Positions 1 through 12,629 of a stretch of 64,000 bases of DNA are shown one piece after another. The position numbers and the translations under genes were made by a program. This DNA is from Octopus bimaculoides (taxonomy: Eukaryota), in NCBI RefSeq assembly GCF_001194135.2, contig NC_068999.1, forward strand, positions 16,991,913 through 17,055,912, in the 5' to 3' direction. The stretch's first letter is position 1. Every line of letters starts with the position of its first letter. The notes below the pieces were generated by a model, which saw nothing but the letters and a program-made list of their open reading frames with translations, did not search any database and had not been told where the DNA came from.

Positions 1-971
1 ATATACATATATATGCATTTGATATATATATATATATATGTCTATATGATATAAATATATATATTTATATATATGTGTGTGTGTGTGTATATATATATAT
101 ATGAAGACACAAAAGCCATATAGATGAGTGTACGTACATAGACACACACACAAATGCATATATATGCATTATATATATTTACATATATATTTATGAAGAC
201 ACAGACACACACGCACACAAACACACATAGACACACACGTACACAACCACACAAACACAGACACATACACAGTTATATGCTTATTTGTGTGACTGTCTCT
301 GTATATGTCTACTTGCGTCCGTGTATCCTTTTAATGTCACTTTATTGTGTTGTGCTTCATATTATTTTCGTTAAAAATATAGTCTCTCATCTCGTCGTGA
401 TTGATGGAGAATATAATTACTTCTGGAAGTCTCTTCCATCGGGACTAAGTACATTAATCATTTCCTTATTTTGACTGTTAAGAATGTAATGCCTCAGAGT
501 TTTCCGTTCCTACTATTTTGCGATGTAACATGTATTCAAGCTGAAAATTTCTTCTGTGCCTGAGGACACTGATATAAAATCTATTATACTCAGACTTGCT
601 ACCACCGTAATTTATCTTGACGCCATCGACCTAACGAGAAAGCAACTTTGTGGTCGCTTAAACTACTACAAAAAATAAACAACAACAAAAATCCAACCAA
701 ATATCAGTCTACAAGCGGGAGTAAACATTAGGGTTTCTTACAGACCAATAAACTTATTTGGGGGGAGACAATCCAAAGGGTAAATCATGACAATTGAAAA
801 TACCTGATAAAATACATTGTTCATATTGAAAATTGAAATGATACCAACATAATTCTTTAATTTTCCCATACTTACAGGCGTAATCCAACGTGCACGGACA
901 CACATGATGAAAGAAACACTTACAAATGTATGCAAATATATAAATGTATACGCATATAAGCGCATATGAAT

Positions 972-1051
<80 letters not shown>

Positions 1052-2489
1052 AAATTAATTTGAATACGAGAAGATAGAATGAATATGCTTTATGACTACA
1101 ATTGTTTCAGCGCTTCATCATGAGTTGTTAATTGCTGAATGTTACATTTACTATACACATTATTGCATTAATATGATTCCACAATAACTGTAGTCATGCG
1201 CGTCTGTAGGTGCGCAGCGTCCAAAGCACTAAAGACGTTCTATTGCTTAACAGCATCTGGTAGCCAATACCCGAATAGAAACTTTGGAAAGCACCCTATG
1301 AGTATATTACATAGTTGATGTTATATACACGTAACGAAAAGTAACACGTATACGAATGATATATAAGTGTATACATACGAAAGATTTTTGTGATGAGTTC
1401 TGAAAATATTTTTAGGGAAATATGTTTGACTATATATGAAATAACCTCTACCCCGTGTCAGAAAAAAACACCTACTTAATTTTCCCACCAAGTGATACTC
1501 TCTCCCATTCCATGAATTTCAATATTTTCCTCTTAGAAAGTTCAAAACCAGATGAACTTAGCGTTGCGGTCAACGTTTCACGTTTCTTGTCAATATTGTA
1601 TTAAGGAAGTGATTCATCATAATCCCACGCTTTTCTTTCTGTACATTAATAACATTTTTTGCTGCTACGAATTTGCCGAAGATATTAGCATTTAATCCGC
1701 GTTAAACTTCTCACTCTATGTAACCTAGGTATATCAGCCAGATAAACACTGACTTTATCAATATGGAATTTTTAATATCTATTTTTGAACAGTAAAATAT
1801 ATAACCCATATTCATATATAATACAACCATGTACCCCTCAACAAACACACACACACACACACATAAATATGTGTGTGTGTGTGTGTGTACGCACTATATA
1901 TATATATATATATTATTGGTTGTATATACATCATGTCATGTTGGAATATATGATGAAGTTGGCATATCTGGAATGAGTTTCTTTGCATTCAAGCATTGTT
2001 CAGGACGTTTCGCACTTAACTCCAGCAACGGCAAAATTAATACCGCATATACCATCTGTGTGGTTATATACTTTCGAATAGGTTATCTGCAACGATGCAC
2101 CAAATTAATGCAATTTCATTCTTTGCTCTGGCTGCTGCTAGCTAGCGTCTTGTCAGCCCTGCTGAATGAAGTTGATCTGAGGTCGAAAAATGTTACTGTC
2201 ATCACACTGTATCTATTGGTTTCTAGTGTTCCTTTCACTGCATTATTAAAATTATTCCTCCATATTAAGAATGGGTAAATGGCTTTTGATATAGAATAAG
2301 CTGCTCTTCCTTACAAGCTGAACGACTGCATAGAAACTTCACCAGATGGGTCGAATTGTACAGATTATTTTTATTGATAATATATCTTTCATTCATATAT
2401 TCATACGGCTTGTTGAGCTTTTCGAAAACAAACGTCTTTAAAATTTCATTTCCGTTCCTATTAAGTATATCAATGACTATTATCTTGCC

Positions 2490-2620
2490 TCGTAGGGTGG
2501 TAGACTCGTAGAATCTCTAGAGGGTCGTACCAAATACCTTCTAGCATTGTTCCTGCTTCAACTTTCGGAGTTCAAATCCCATTTAGGAAAAAACGTTATT
2601 TTTCTTTTACCTCTCAGAAT
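2490..2620 (+). mobile_element. Degraded tRNA-derived SINE head (type C-like)
   Basis: GGTGGTAGACTCGTAGAATC followed about 60 nt later by a B-box-like GAGTTCAAATCCC; resembles the heads of better preserved type C copies (7705-7938, 25603-25743). Confidence 0.45.
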
Positions 2621-3667
2621 CCTAAAATTAGCAACTCAGTCAAATAACACTTTCCATTATTTTCTCACTTATGCTTATATTAGAAAAACATTATTTCGTC
2701 TAAGTAATTAATGGTGCTGCATAAACGAATTTTCATTGTGTTGTTAGCTAATAGATAATTGACTCACTCATCGGCTTCTAAACACTAATAATGATTTTCG
2801 TACATTACTAAAAAATCAGATAAGTCGAAAAAAAAATATAGTATCTTAATTCTACCGCAACACATTTGTAGTATTTGTCTTAGCGTCATGGTATTGATAA
2901 AATACATAGTATTATTGCCATGAGTTGTTTAAACTCAAAACGCAGAGAAAGGAAACTAAATATTGCATTGCAATTATTGATTGCTTTTTGTGTGTTTGCT
3001 TTACATAATGAGGATGTCTACCAGCCAACTGCCTTGACCATATTTTCTGTGCTACACAATTGTGTAGTGTCTTAAAGGAAGATAGTATTAACTGTAATAT
3101 GCAAATAATTTATGTAAGGACAGTCAGAAACATAAATGTATGGGCATCAGTTGTTAATAAATGTATTCCGAAGACGCTGTTTCATGTACATATATGGAAT
3201 AAGAATAACATCAGAATTCTGTAAAGTTCTTAAGATAATACAGAGATTAATTAGAGTTGGAAATATGCAGCAGAGGGAATAATCGCATTATTTGTTTTAC
3301 TTTAATCCCTCTAATCCAAGCGGTGTCGATTTAACATTTCATATCCAATGGTTTTGCTAAATTAAAAATCAGTTAAATATTGACCTGTGTCGTCATATAT
3401 TCGGATTCAAATATTGGCCTTCTGCCTAGCACGGAAAACAATACAACATTCTTAAATACATTTGTTACGTGGAAGCGACACTATGGCATCGACTAAACAT
3501 ATATTAGATTATCTAACTTCGTGTATCTAATCTCGAGTTTCTATTTCAACAAGGTTTTTATTTAGTTTTTCTTTGTTTCTTTCACTTAGTCTTCGATAAA
3601 ACAAGTGGCATTTCCATAAAATAAGTGCCAGAAGTAATTTCACTCAACTAAATCCCCTATTCAACAG

Positions 3668-3765
3668 CTGCATAACGAAAGAGGTAACAAAAGAGGCTTC
3701 GTGCCAAGTCCACAGAAGGAACTGATGCATTACATCAGCACGAAGACAGGCTGTGATTTATTCAG
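3668..3765 (+). CDS. Candidate internal exon, product unknown (LHNERGNKRGFVPSPQKELMHYISTKTGCDLF)
   Basis: Acceptor CCCCTATTCAACAG|, donor TTCAG|GTAAAT; 98 bp; only phase 0 is open, exits in phase 2. No homology recognised. Confidence 0.3.
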
Positions 3766-4608
3766 GTAAATAGGAACTGCTAAATTGTATGCTATATGTT
3801 CAAATGATAAATAAAAGGACAACGTAAAAGAAAATAAGTTCTGTTTTCAATATAACTGAAATAAATTTGTCGAAGAAATATTGAGTGACAAGTGAAAAAA
3901 AATATAATGCTGTGTCTTCTTAAAACGTTTTGTTTTATAATATTTCAAAATGTATATTGATTTTTATTCGTGTAATTCAGCCGGGAGACACCAGACACAG
4001 GAAGCCATATAGAGAAGGGTGGAAGTAAAATAAAATTGATTATAATTATTTGTATCCATAATAGAAATATCAAAGACGTCCAGAGTTGCCATAGACTGTT
4101 CTTAAACGTTTCGTTTTAACCTCTTTAAGATTGTAAATGCACTACCATACATACAATCGTGCATACACTTTGCTCACGTAATAAAACACGCAACCATTAA
4201 GTTAACGAACATACACACAAACACGCACACATACATAATTAGACGAACTCATATATATAAATATATGTATATATATGTATATATATATACATATGTATTA
4301 GTGTACAAGCGCGAGCACATACACACAAACGCACTCCCTCTCACATTCTCTCTAACACACACAAATACATATATATGTAATATATAAATTTATATACATA
4401 TTACTTTACTATATACATAGGTAAATATAATTTATAACTATATATGTGCATATATAATATACATGTATAATACATATAACGATACATATACATGCATATA
4501 TAGATATATATATATGTGCATATATATATATACATATACATATGTATATGTATATATTTATATAAATATGTATATATATGAATATATATATATATATATA
4601 TATATATA

Positions 4609-5548
4609 NNNNNNNNNNNNNNNNNNNNNNNNNNNNNNNNNNNNNNNNNNNNNNNNNNNNNNNNNNNNNNNNNNNNNNNNNNNNNNNNNNNNNNNNNNNN
4701 NNNNNNNNNNNNNNNNNNNNNNNNNNNNNNNNNNNNNNNNNNNNNNNNNNNNNNNNNNNNNNNNNNNNNNNNNNNNNNNNNNNNNNNNNNNNNNNNNNNN
4801 NNNNNNNNNNNNNNNNNNNNNNNNNNNNNNNNNNNNNNNNNNNNNNNNNNNNNNNNNNNNNNNNNNNNNNNNNNNNNNNNNNNNNNNNNNNNNNNNNNNN
4901 NNNNNNNNNNNNNNNNNNNNNNNNNNNNNNNNNNNNNNNNNNNNNNNNNNNNNNNNNNNNNNNNNNNNNNNNNNNNNNNNNNNNNNNNNNNNNNNNNNNN
5001 NNNNNNNNNNNNNNNNNNNNNNNNNNNNNNNNNNNNNNNNNNNNNNNNNNNNNNNNNNNNNNNNNNNNNNNNNNNNNNNNNNNNNNNNNNNNNNNNNNNN
5101 NNNNNNNNNNNNNNNNNNNNNNNNNNNNNNNNNNNNNNNNNNNNNNNNNNNNNNNNNNNNNNNNNNNNNNNNNNNNNNNNNNNNNNNNNNNNNNNNNNNN
5201 NNNNNNNNNNNNNNNNNNNNNNNNNNNNNNNNNNNNNNNNNNNNNNNNNNNNNNNNNNNNNNNNNNNNNNNNNNNNNNNNNNNNNNNNNNNNNNNNNNNN
5301 NNNNNNNNNNNNNNNNNNNNNNNNNNNNNNNNNNNNNNNNNNNNNNNNNNNNNNNNNNNNNNNNNNNNNNNNNNNNNNNNNNNNNNNNNNNNNNNNNNNN
5401 NNNNNNNNNNNNNNNNNNNNNNNNNNNNNNNNNNNNNNNNNNNNNNNNNNNNNNNNNNNNNNNNNNNNNNNNNNNNNNNNNNNNNNNNNNNNNNNNNNNN
5501 NNNNNNNNNNNNNNNNNNNNNNNNNNNNNNNNNNNNNNNNNNNNNNNN
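4609..5548. other. Assembly gap (N run) flanked by (TA)n
   Basis: N run. Similar gaps at 6399-6599, 12314-12548, 14570-14748, 16041-16312, 17485-18065, 23129-23427, 24374-24672, 27218-27323, 55007-55575 and several short ones; nearly all abut simple repeats. Confidence 0.99.
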
Positions 5549-5592
<44 letters not shown>

Positions 5593-6699
5593 GGGGAATT
5601 TTATAAATATTTATGATAAGGTTATAATATATACTATAATTGACTCGAAGTCTGAAAATGACCCCATGTATATGTCTGTATATATGATTGCGTATTTGAC
5701 CATATATATATGCTCACACCCACAATACACAAACAAACACGCACTATACAGACACGTACTTATATATTATATATGTGTGAGTAGTATGTTTGATCGCGTG
5801 GTGTGTTTGTGTGTGTGTGTGTCTACAATTTATTATATCTATTGAGTTTGTTCTGTGTGCAAAGTTGCTATTCTTCAATGATAGTTTTTTTTCCAATAGA
5901 CTGTCTACTGAGGAATATTTCCGTTGATTTTCTTCAGGCCACATAGGTCTCTCATGTCTTGCAATGGAAGCTTCCTCTAACACTGATCCGACTCGGAGCT
6001 TTTGTTGGCTAGCTCTTTGTAGACACTCACTTATTCTACCTTATATGTTGTTTTGACGGCTTCGATTATTGTATATTTCACTTTCACATTCAACTTTACT
6101 GTATCAACAGCCTGCTTGCTTTCACATCTCAACACACGTACTCATATAATATTGATATTATGAAACAAGATTTCTTAGCTTTCCAGATACAAGTATCAAC
6201 AACAGCCGAAATAGTTATCTACCACTAGACTTGCATAATTCTATGAAAATAAACCTTTCAAATATCTAGAAATTGGATGTTAATAACTTCTCTCATTTTT
6301 AAAGTACACTGACTATATACAAAGAAAATTCCTATACATATTTAATATTAAAACCACAGACTCCTTCGTTTCTCTCCCTCTCTCTCCCTATATATATANN
6401 NNNNNNNNNNNNNNNNNNNNNNNNNNNNNNNNNNNNNNNNNNNNNNNNNNNNNNNNNNNNNNNNNNNNNNNNNNNNNNNNNNNNNNNNNNNNNNNNNNNN
6501 NNNNNNNNNNNNNNNNNNNNNNNNNNNNNNNNNNNNNNNNNNNNNNNNNNNNNNNNNNNNNNNNNNNNNNNNNNNNNNNNNNNNNNNNNNNNNNNNNNNG
6601 TGTGTGTGTGTGTATATGTGTATATGTGCGTGTGTGTATATATGAGTGTCTGTATATGCATTTCCGTGTGCGTACATCTCTGTGTATTTATGATGGTCG

Positions 6700-6745
<46 letters not shown>

Positions 6746-7521
6746 CTATCTCTCTCTGTATGTCTATGTGCGTATAAGCAAAAGTATTCGGATAATTACG
6801 AAGCTGCGTATAATATTCAATTATTTATTCTCTTTCTTAAGAGAAATTATAGTTCTCTAAATTTATGCTAAACTCATCGTTAAATAAAGTATCACTTTGT
6901 TCAGGAAGTATTACAAATGTTTCGTTCTCGCATATAAGTAATGAACTCCTCTTTAGACTACACTATTTCAACAAGTTAACCCTGGACACACCATATGATA
7001 TGATTACACTGCTGTTAGCACCTCAATCTGAACTGGTTATTTAAAGAAAGACATCACAAAATACCAAGATTAAGGCAGATCATTTAGTAATGGACAAAGA
7101 AAAGGCAAACTGCTTCAGTAGATGACCTGACAATTGATAAGCAATCGTGTTACTATACGAACAATTAATTTACTATATACAAGGCATAAAAATATTTTTC
7201 CTGTGTTCCTGTTTATTTGATTTCAAGATTTCCGTAGATAGTGTCTACTTTGTCATATACTATAGTATATATAAATCCCGACTTTGGTTTTCTTTGCCTT
7301 ACCTGAGGTATTAGCTTTATGATATTACAAAGAAATAAATCTTTAGAAACAGTTGCATAATTTATGTTTCCAATGACAAACATTGATTAGTTGATTAATT
7401 CGTAGAACCATTAGATTATCAGATTGAATGATTGCGCCCTTCTAAGTTATTCACTGTGAAAAATCAAGTCTGGTAATCTAAATGATCTCTGTCTTTTTAT
7501 CCTGTCAAGATCTATGTAAAC

Positions 7522-8150
7522 GGTATAAACTAGTGGCTCAGAAATTTGCTTTGAGACCATATGGTTTTGGATTCAGTGCCTATGCGTGGAACCTTGACTA
7601 TGCGTCTTCTACTTGTGTCCAGTGCCGACCAGTATCTTGTCAGTGAATTTAGTAAGTGGAAATTGTTTGGAAGCACGCGCGTATGCGTGTATCTTTGTGT
7701 TTCTTATTTCTTTATTGCCTACAAGGAGCTAAACGTAGAGGGGACAAACAAGGACAGACAAAGGGATTAAGTCGATTACATCGACCCCAGTGCGTAACTG
7801 GTATTTAATTTATCGACCCCGAAAGGATGAAAAGCAAAGTCGACATTGGTGGTATTTCAACTCAGAACGTAACGGCAGACGAGATATGGCTAAGCATTTT
7901 GCCCGGCGTGCTAACGTTTCTGTCAGCTGACCGCCTTGATGCGTGTATACGTGTATCTTTGTGTTTCTGTTTGTCCCCAACCACTGCTTTTCTACCGGGG
8001 CTTGTTTACGTCTCCCTAACTTAACAGTTCAGCAAAAGACTCCGATTTAATAGCGACCAGAACTAGAAATAAGTTCTGTTGTTGACTTCAGGGCTGTGCT
8101 CCTGAAAAGCCGCACTTTAATTGCTGAAACAAGTAAAAGATAAAAGATAA
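7522..8150 (+). mobile_element. Type A tRNA-derived SINE (CORE-like), old copy interrupted by a type C SINE
   Basis: Collinear with the intact copy at 57162-57580: GGATTCAGTGCC (B box), GCGTGGAACCTTG..GTCTTCTACT, TTTGTCCCC, TTTACGTC, and tail CTGAAACAAGTAAAAGATAAAAGA. Confidence 0.8.
7705..7938 (-). mobile_element. Type C tRNA-derived SINE (Deu/Nin-domain-like), full length, nested insertion
   Basis: Minus strand reads CAAGGCGGTCAGCTGACAGAAACGTTAGCACGCCGGGC..TTCTGAGTTGAAAT..CTTTTCATCCTTTCGGGGTCGATAAATTAAATACCAG..CTGGGGTCGATGTAATCGACT..AATAAAGAAATA; flanked by a duplicated host sequence. Confidence 0.88.
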
Positions 8151-8490
8151 TAGTTTCGGCTCTGTACTAGCAGAACTCTAAGAACGTCTGATCAGATTCT
8201 ATGCGATATAGGGAGAGATTAAATTCTATTGAGATACCCCCGATGACCATCACCGCATGACCCGGGCCTAGCATGGTGTGTGAGGCATATACTCTTAAGA
8301 AAAGATGAGAAATATGTTGTACTAGGTGGGTGAGAAGACTCAGGTTTTTCCATTTGAAGAGATATGAGGCCTGGCTAAGGAACGGAATGATGTCATTTAA
8401 TCGAAATTAATAATGTAATAAACAGTGCCATTATACTGGTTTATCGGTATACAGCTTTGGAGATTATCAGTACTGTAATATAATGGAAGT

Positions 8491-8868
8491 GGAGGCGCAA
8501 TGGCCCAGTAGTTAGGGCAGCGGACTCGCGGTCATAGGATCGCGGCTTCGATTCCCAGACCGGACGTTGTGAGTGTTTATTGAGCGAAAACACCTAAAGC
8601 TCCACGAGGCTCCGGCAGGGGATGGTGGCGAACCCTGCTGTACTCTTTCACCACAACTTTCTCTCACTCTTACTTCCTGTTGTGCCTGTGATTCAAAGGG
8701 TCAGTCTTGTCACATTGTGTCACGCTCAATATCCCCGAGAACTACGTTAAGGGTACACGTATCTGTGGAGTGCTCAGCCACTTGCACGTTAATTTCACGA
8801 GCAGGCTGTTTCGTTGATCGGATCAACTGGAACCCTCGACGTCGTAAGCGACGGAGTGCCAACAACAA
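8491..8868 (+). mobile_element. Type D tRNA(Arg)-like SINE, full length
   Basis: A box TGGCCCAGTAGTTAGG, anticodon-like CTCGCG, B box GCTTCGATTCC; 3' module shared with 37129-37440; (AAC)n tail; degenerate TSD AATATAATGGAAG (8477-8489) / AATATATTGGAAA (8867-8879). Confidence 0.88.
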
Positions 8869-9884
8869 TATATTGGAAAATTGATTTTATGATAGAGTAT
8901 GTTAGTATTTAAATGAGCATTTGAGATTAATCTATGGAGTGGATCAACAGAGTGCCCGTGTAAGGTTCTTTCATAGTAAAGATAAAGTATGAAAATGACA
9001 ATTTTTTTCAGCAATAAATTAAATACTTTATAAATGAGTAAATTATTATTATTATTCTGGTTAACATCTCTAGAATAATCCGAACTCGATCACACAGCTT
9101 ATTGCACACATCAGTAACAGATTACAAAGTGTGTTGTTTGATATTTATCATCGTGTAGATTATATTTAAAACTATCATACATACAATTATGTACAAATAT
9201 GTATGTATGTGTGTGCGTGCGTATGTGTGTATGTAAGTATTATGTGCGTGTAGATAGATAAATAGTGTGTTTGTGTGAGTGAGTGAGAGAGAGAGAGAGA
9301 GAGAGAGTAGGAGAGAAAGAAAGAGAATGAAAGAGTGTGAAGAGTGAATAAAACCTAAAAATATCAAAATAATTTTAAAATATTATGACGCCATAAACAT
9401 AATTATATCACAAGGCTAATTAAGATATAAAATTAAGAAACATTTGTTTTTTATATTTTTGTATTTTGTATAGGATGACGTCTAAAAGAAACCGTTTTAC
9501 ATCAAAGAGAAGATATACTCCTCCGCATTTTACTTCACAACCAAAATATCTCCGAAAGAATTTTCCAAAAGAAGCTACTAGTAAAATTAAGACTCTTTAA
9601 ATGCAATAATAATAGTTTCTAACATTAGAAGAACTTTTGAAATTTTGGAGGGTTAATACCATGGAATTCTGTACTTGATTGGCACTTTAGCTTCTCAAAT
9701 TTGGAAGGATGAATGGTCGCATTTACGTCTGTAGTATTTCGACATTGAAAGTAAAGAAACATAACAAATAGCGTAAAATATTTTCGCCAGGCTCACAGAA
9801 GATTCTGTCAGTGCAACATACAATTCATTCTATTGTACCCACAATATGTGAAATTTGGTGTGTGGGGGAAGAGGATTAAAATTC

Positions 9885-9990
9885 TGTGGAAGATGACTTC
9901 CCCTTTAATCCTTTCGGGGTCGATGAAATAAATTCCACTTTATCACTTGGGTTAATGTAATCGTCTAGCACCCTTCTCTCAGTAGAAATT
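9885..9990 (+). mobile_element. Type C SINE central-domain fragment
   Basis: CCTTTAATCCTTTCGGGGTCGATGAAATAAA..GGGTTAATGTAATCG matches the type C central domain. Confidence 0.65.
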
Positions 9991-11194
9991 TATAATTGTT
10001 TCAAATGTTGGCAAATGTCCTGTAATTGCGAGTGGAGGGTGTAAAACCTCGGTGGAATTGTTACTCAAAACGTGAAGGTAAAGTAAATGCTGCTAAGGAT
10101 AATGTCAAGCGACTTATCCTAGAAGATGTGAAAACACATTTTCTAGGATAAGTCGTTTGTCAGTCGTCAAATTATATCTTAAACCATAAAGAAATCCTCG
10201 ATGAGAAAATGAACGTTTTGGACGGTGACTGCCTATAAATGTTTTTTTTTTCTGAGTTAATCTCATATAGAGAAATGGGGCGTGTCATCAAGCATATGAA
10301 ATATTGATGTTGTGAGCGTTGTTGAAATTTACCCCAGAATTTCTTTGGTCGATTAGACTTTTGACAAAAGTTTGTTACACCGTGAGCGCCACAAGTCTTT
10401 GCGACATTACGTTGTACATATTTCCTTCTAGTTTCGTCTTTCGGAGGTGCGTAAAAATTTCGCATCTTGCAAGGTGAGGGGAAATTGTAAGCTTTTTGTA
10501 TCAAATCAAGCAAGTGTCCTGAGTTTCCTTCATGTTATTCCATGTGATTATATCAAGGGACGCGTTACTAAACTCTCAATAGACGACATGAGATATGTGA
10601 GATGGTAAATTCTAGGTGCATTGTCTAATAGCTTAAGTATTGCAATCATAAGCAAAACATATTTTATGCTACTCTCATGCATTTAGCCTTAAATGTTTAA
10701 ACCGTATGAAGCACTTGCGCATGGGAAAATTTTTTTTATCCCAGTCGCTTATATGCCGTGGATACCGTGTAGCTGGCCACATAAGTAATAACAGTAATGT
10801 CAAGGAATTGATGTTGACGATGATGATGGTTATATTAAACAGATCATAAAATTTAATAAAATTGCTAATAAACAAATAGATTCCTAGAAAATATGAAGAC
10901 ATCAATAATCAGAATTCAGAATACATTTCTAAAGCAATTCAGAGAAAAATGAAATTAGTGATACTTGTGATAGCTGCTAACCTAAATTTCCGGCTTTAAA
11001 TTTAAATAGCTTTCTTTAAAATTTGTACGAAATTATATTACAAAAGATACGTTAGTGTTAAAGTCTCGTTGTTCTTTTCTGTGACTATTTTTAATACCAG
11101 CATAGCTCTGTTCAAGCAGACATATGCTCAATAGTCATTCTAACAGTGACTATCATGTTTATTATGCTTAGTTCTTTATTTTTTATTTTTTTAG

Positions 11195-11465
11195 AGATAT
11201 CGGTGGTGGTTGTCGTTGTAGGTCGACGTTGACTGTTCAGTTAAGGAACAAAATGCCTTTCGATATGAGTAAAGCAATAAGCATCGTTCCCTCCCCAATC
11301 ACTGTCTCTGGACCTCCACGCCCAATACCAAGTGATGTACAAGAGTGCAATGAGCATCTTTTGCTTGGCCGTAATAATCTTCTATCCACTGGTCTTGGAC
11401 TTTTCCGCCTTGTCGGTTATCGAAAGTCTCGCTGTCGATGTCCTCCCTATAACCCTGACACATGA
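11195..11465 (+). CDS. Candidate terminal exon, product unknown (DIGGGCRCRSTLTVQLRNKMPFDMSK...RKSRCRCPPYNPDT*)
   Basis: Very strong acceptor GTTCTTTATTTTTTATTTTTTTAG| at 11194, 90 codons open in phase 2 to TGA, AATAAA at 11635 and 11764. Competing open frames exist, so the true frame/strand is uncertain. Confidence 0.35.
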
Positions 11466-12256
11466 TACAAACATAGTGTATCCAGGTAAAAATTATCCAA
11501 ATTGTGACAATGTTTTTAAGACTGCAGTGTGTAATTCGTTGCAGACTTGGCTGTTATTTCCAGTAGAATGTACAAAGACAAATCGAGACTGTCTCGATGA
11601 CTCGCATAATGTGTCTTTGTGTTAGTAGGTAGAAAATAAAAGACATTAATGTTTCATCTGGTGCTGAAAGATTGTCCCTAGCTTTCGGCATCTTCAATAA
11701 CCATTATAATAGTGAAGTATTTGTTATTTATCATTATGTTATTTCAGATTATTGGTTATTTGTAATAAAAATAAAAAGAAATATTAAGTGAATAGAGTTC
11801 TCTATTCATATCTAAAGTGTTTATCAATGTTAGAGTATTGAAAGGAAGAATAGGCTATTAAACTTTCTAAGAAAGTTAACGTGTTTTCATTTATGAATGT
11901 TTCTTGGTTGGTGGTGAGAGGTGCGGTATTAGAAGTGAGTTAATTTGATGCTGGGAGATAGTGCTGAATAGATGTAGCTTGGAAACATGAGTCTATGTCA
12001 GTGACTGCAGAGGTTATGGTATTTTTACTATGTGTCTATTGTGTCCTGTGTTCTGATACGTAACTACTAATAAATGTGCGTATATAAAACATACTCACAT
12101 ATTTGTTTGTATGTATGTATGTATGTATAAATGTTTGTATGTATGTATGTATGTATGTATAAATGTTTGTATGTATGTATGCATGTGTGTAAATATGTAT
12201 GTATCTATCTCCCTCACGCTCTGGGTTCATACATAAATACAAATTTGTATACATAT

Positions 12257-12313
<57 letters not shown>

Positions 12314-12548
12314 NNNNNNNNNNNNNNNNNNNNNNNNNNNNNNNNNNNNNNNNNNNNNNNNNNNNNNNNNNNNNNNNNNNNNNNNNNNNNNNNNNNNNNN
12401 NNNNNNNNNNNNNNNNNNNNNNNNNNNNNNNNNNNNNNNNNNNNNNNNNNNNNNNNNNNNNNNNNNNNNNNNNNNNNNNNNNNNNNNNNNNNNNNNNNNN
12501 NNNNNNNNNNNNNNNNNNNNNNNNNNNNNNNNNNNNNNNNNNNNNNNN

Positions 12549-12629
<81 letters not shown>

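Noticed and set aside
1093-1126. Hammerhead-like motif on the minus strand (ATGATGA-AGCGCT-GAAA-CAATTG-TA)
   Set aside because: First core base is wrong, stem II has no loop and stem I does not pair; at most a very old relic.
1449-1794. Possible MITE bounded by TACCCCGTGTCAGAAAAAA and (rc) TACTGTTCAAAAATAG
   Set aside because: Terminal similarity is too weak to support.
1829-2330. Long plus ORF and an in-register minus frame faintly like a GPCR helix-8 region (SKAIYPFLIWRNNF)
   Set aside because: No NPxxY motif, weak splice signals, and the plus ORF starts in a microsatellite.
4463-5606. Longest ORFs in the track (375 aa, 342 aa and similar [13 protein letters not shown] ORFs elsewhere)
   Set aside because: They are translations of dinucleotide microsatellites and N gaps.
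5744-6035. Minus frame ..EEASIARHERPMWPEENQRKYSSVDSLLEKKLS..
   Set aside because: No credible acceptor or donor in frame, runs into a microsatellite, no recognisable homology.
7303-7454. Minus-strand exon with CAG|GTAAGG donor (MFVIGNINYATVSKDLFLCNIIKLIPQ)
   Set aside because: Very AT-rich, no compatible downstream exon found; consistent with chance.
8491-8565. tRNA-Arg-like gene
   Set aside because: It continues into a SINE body, tail and TSD; it is a SINE head, not a tRNA gene.
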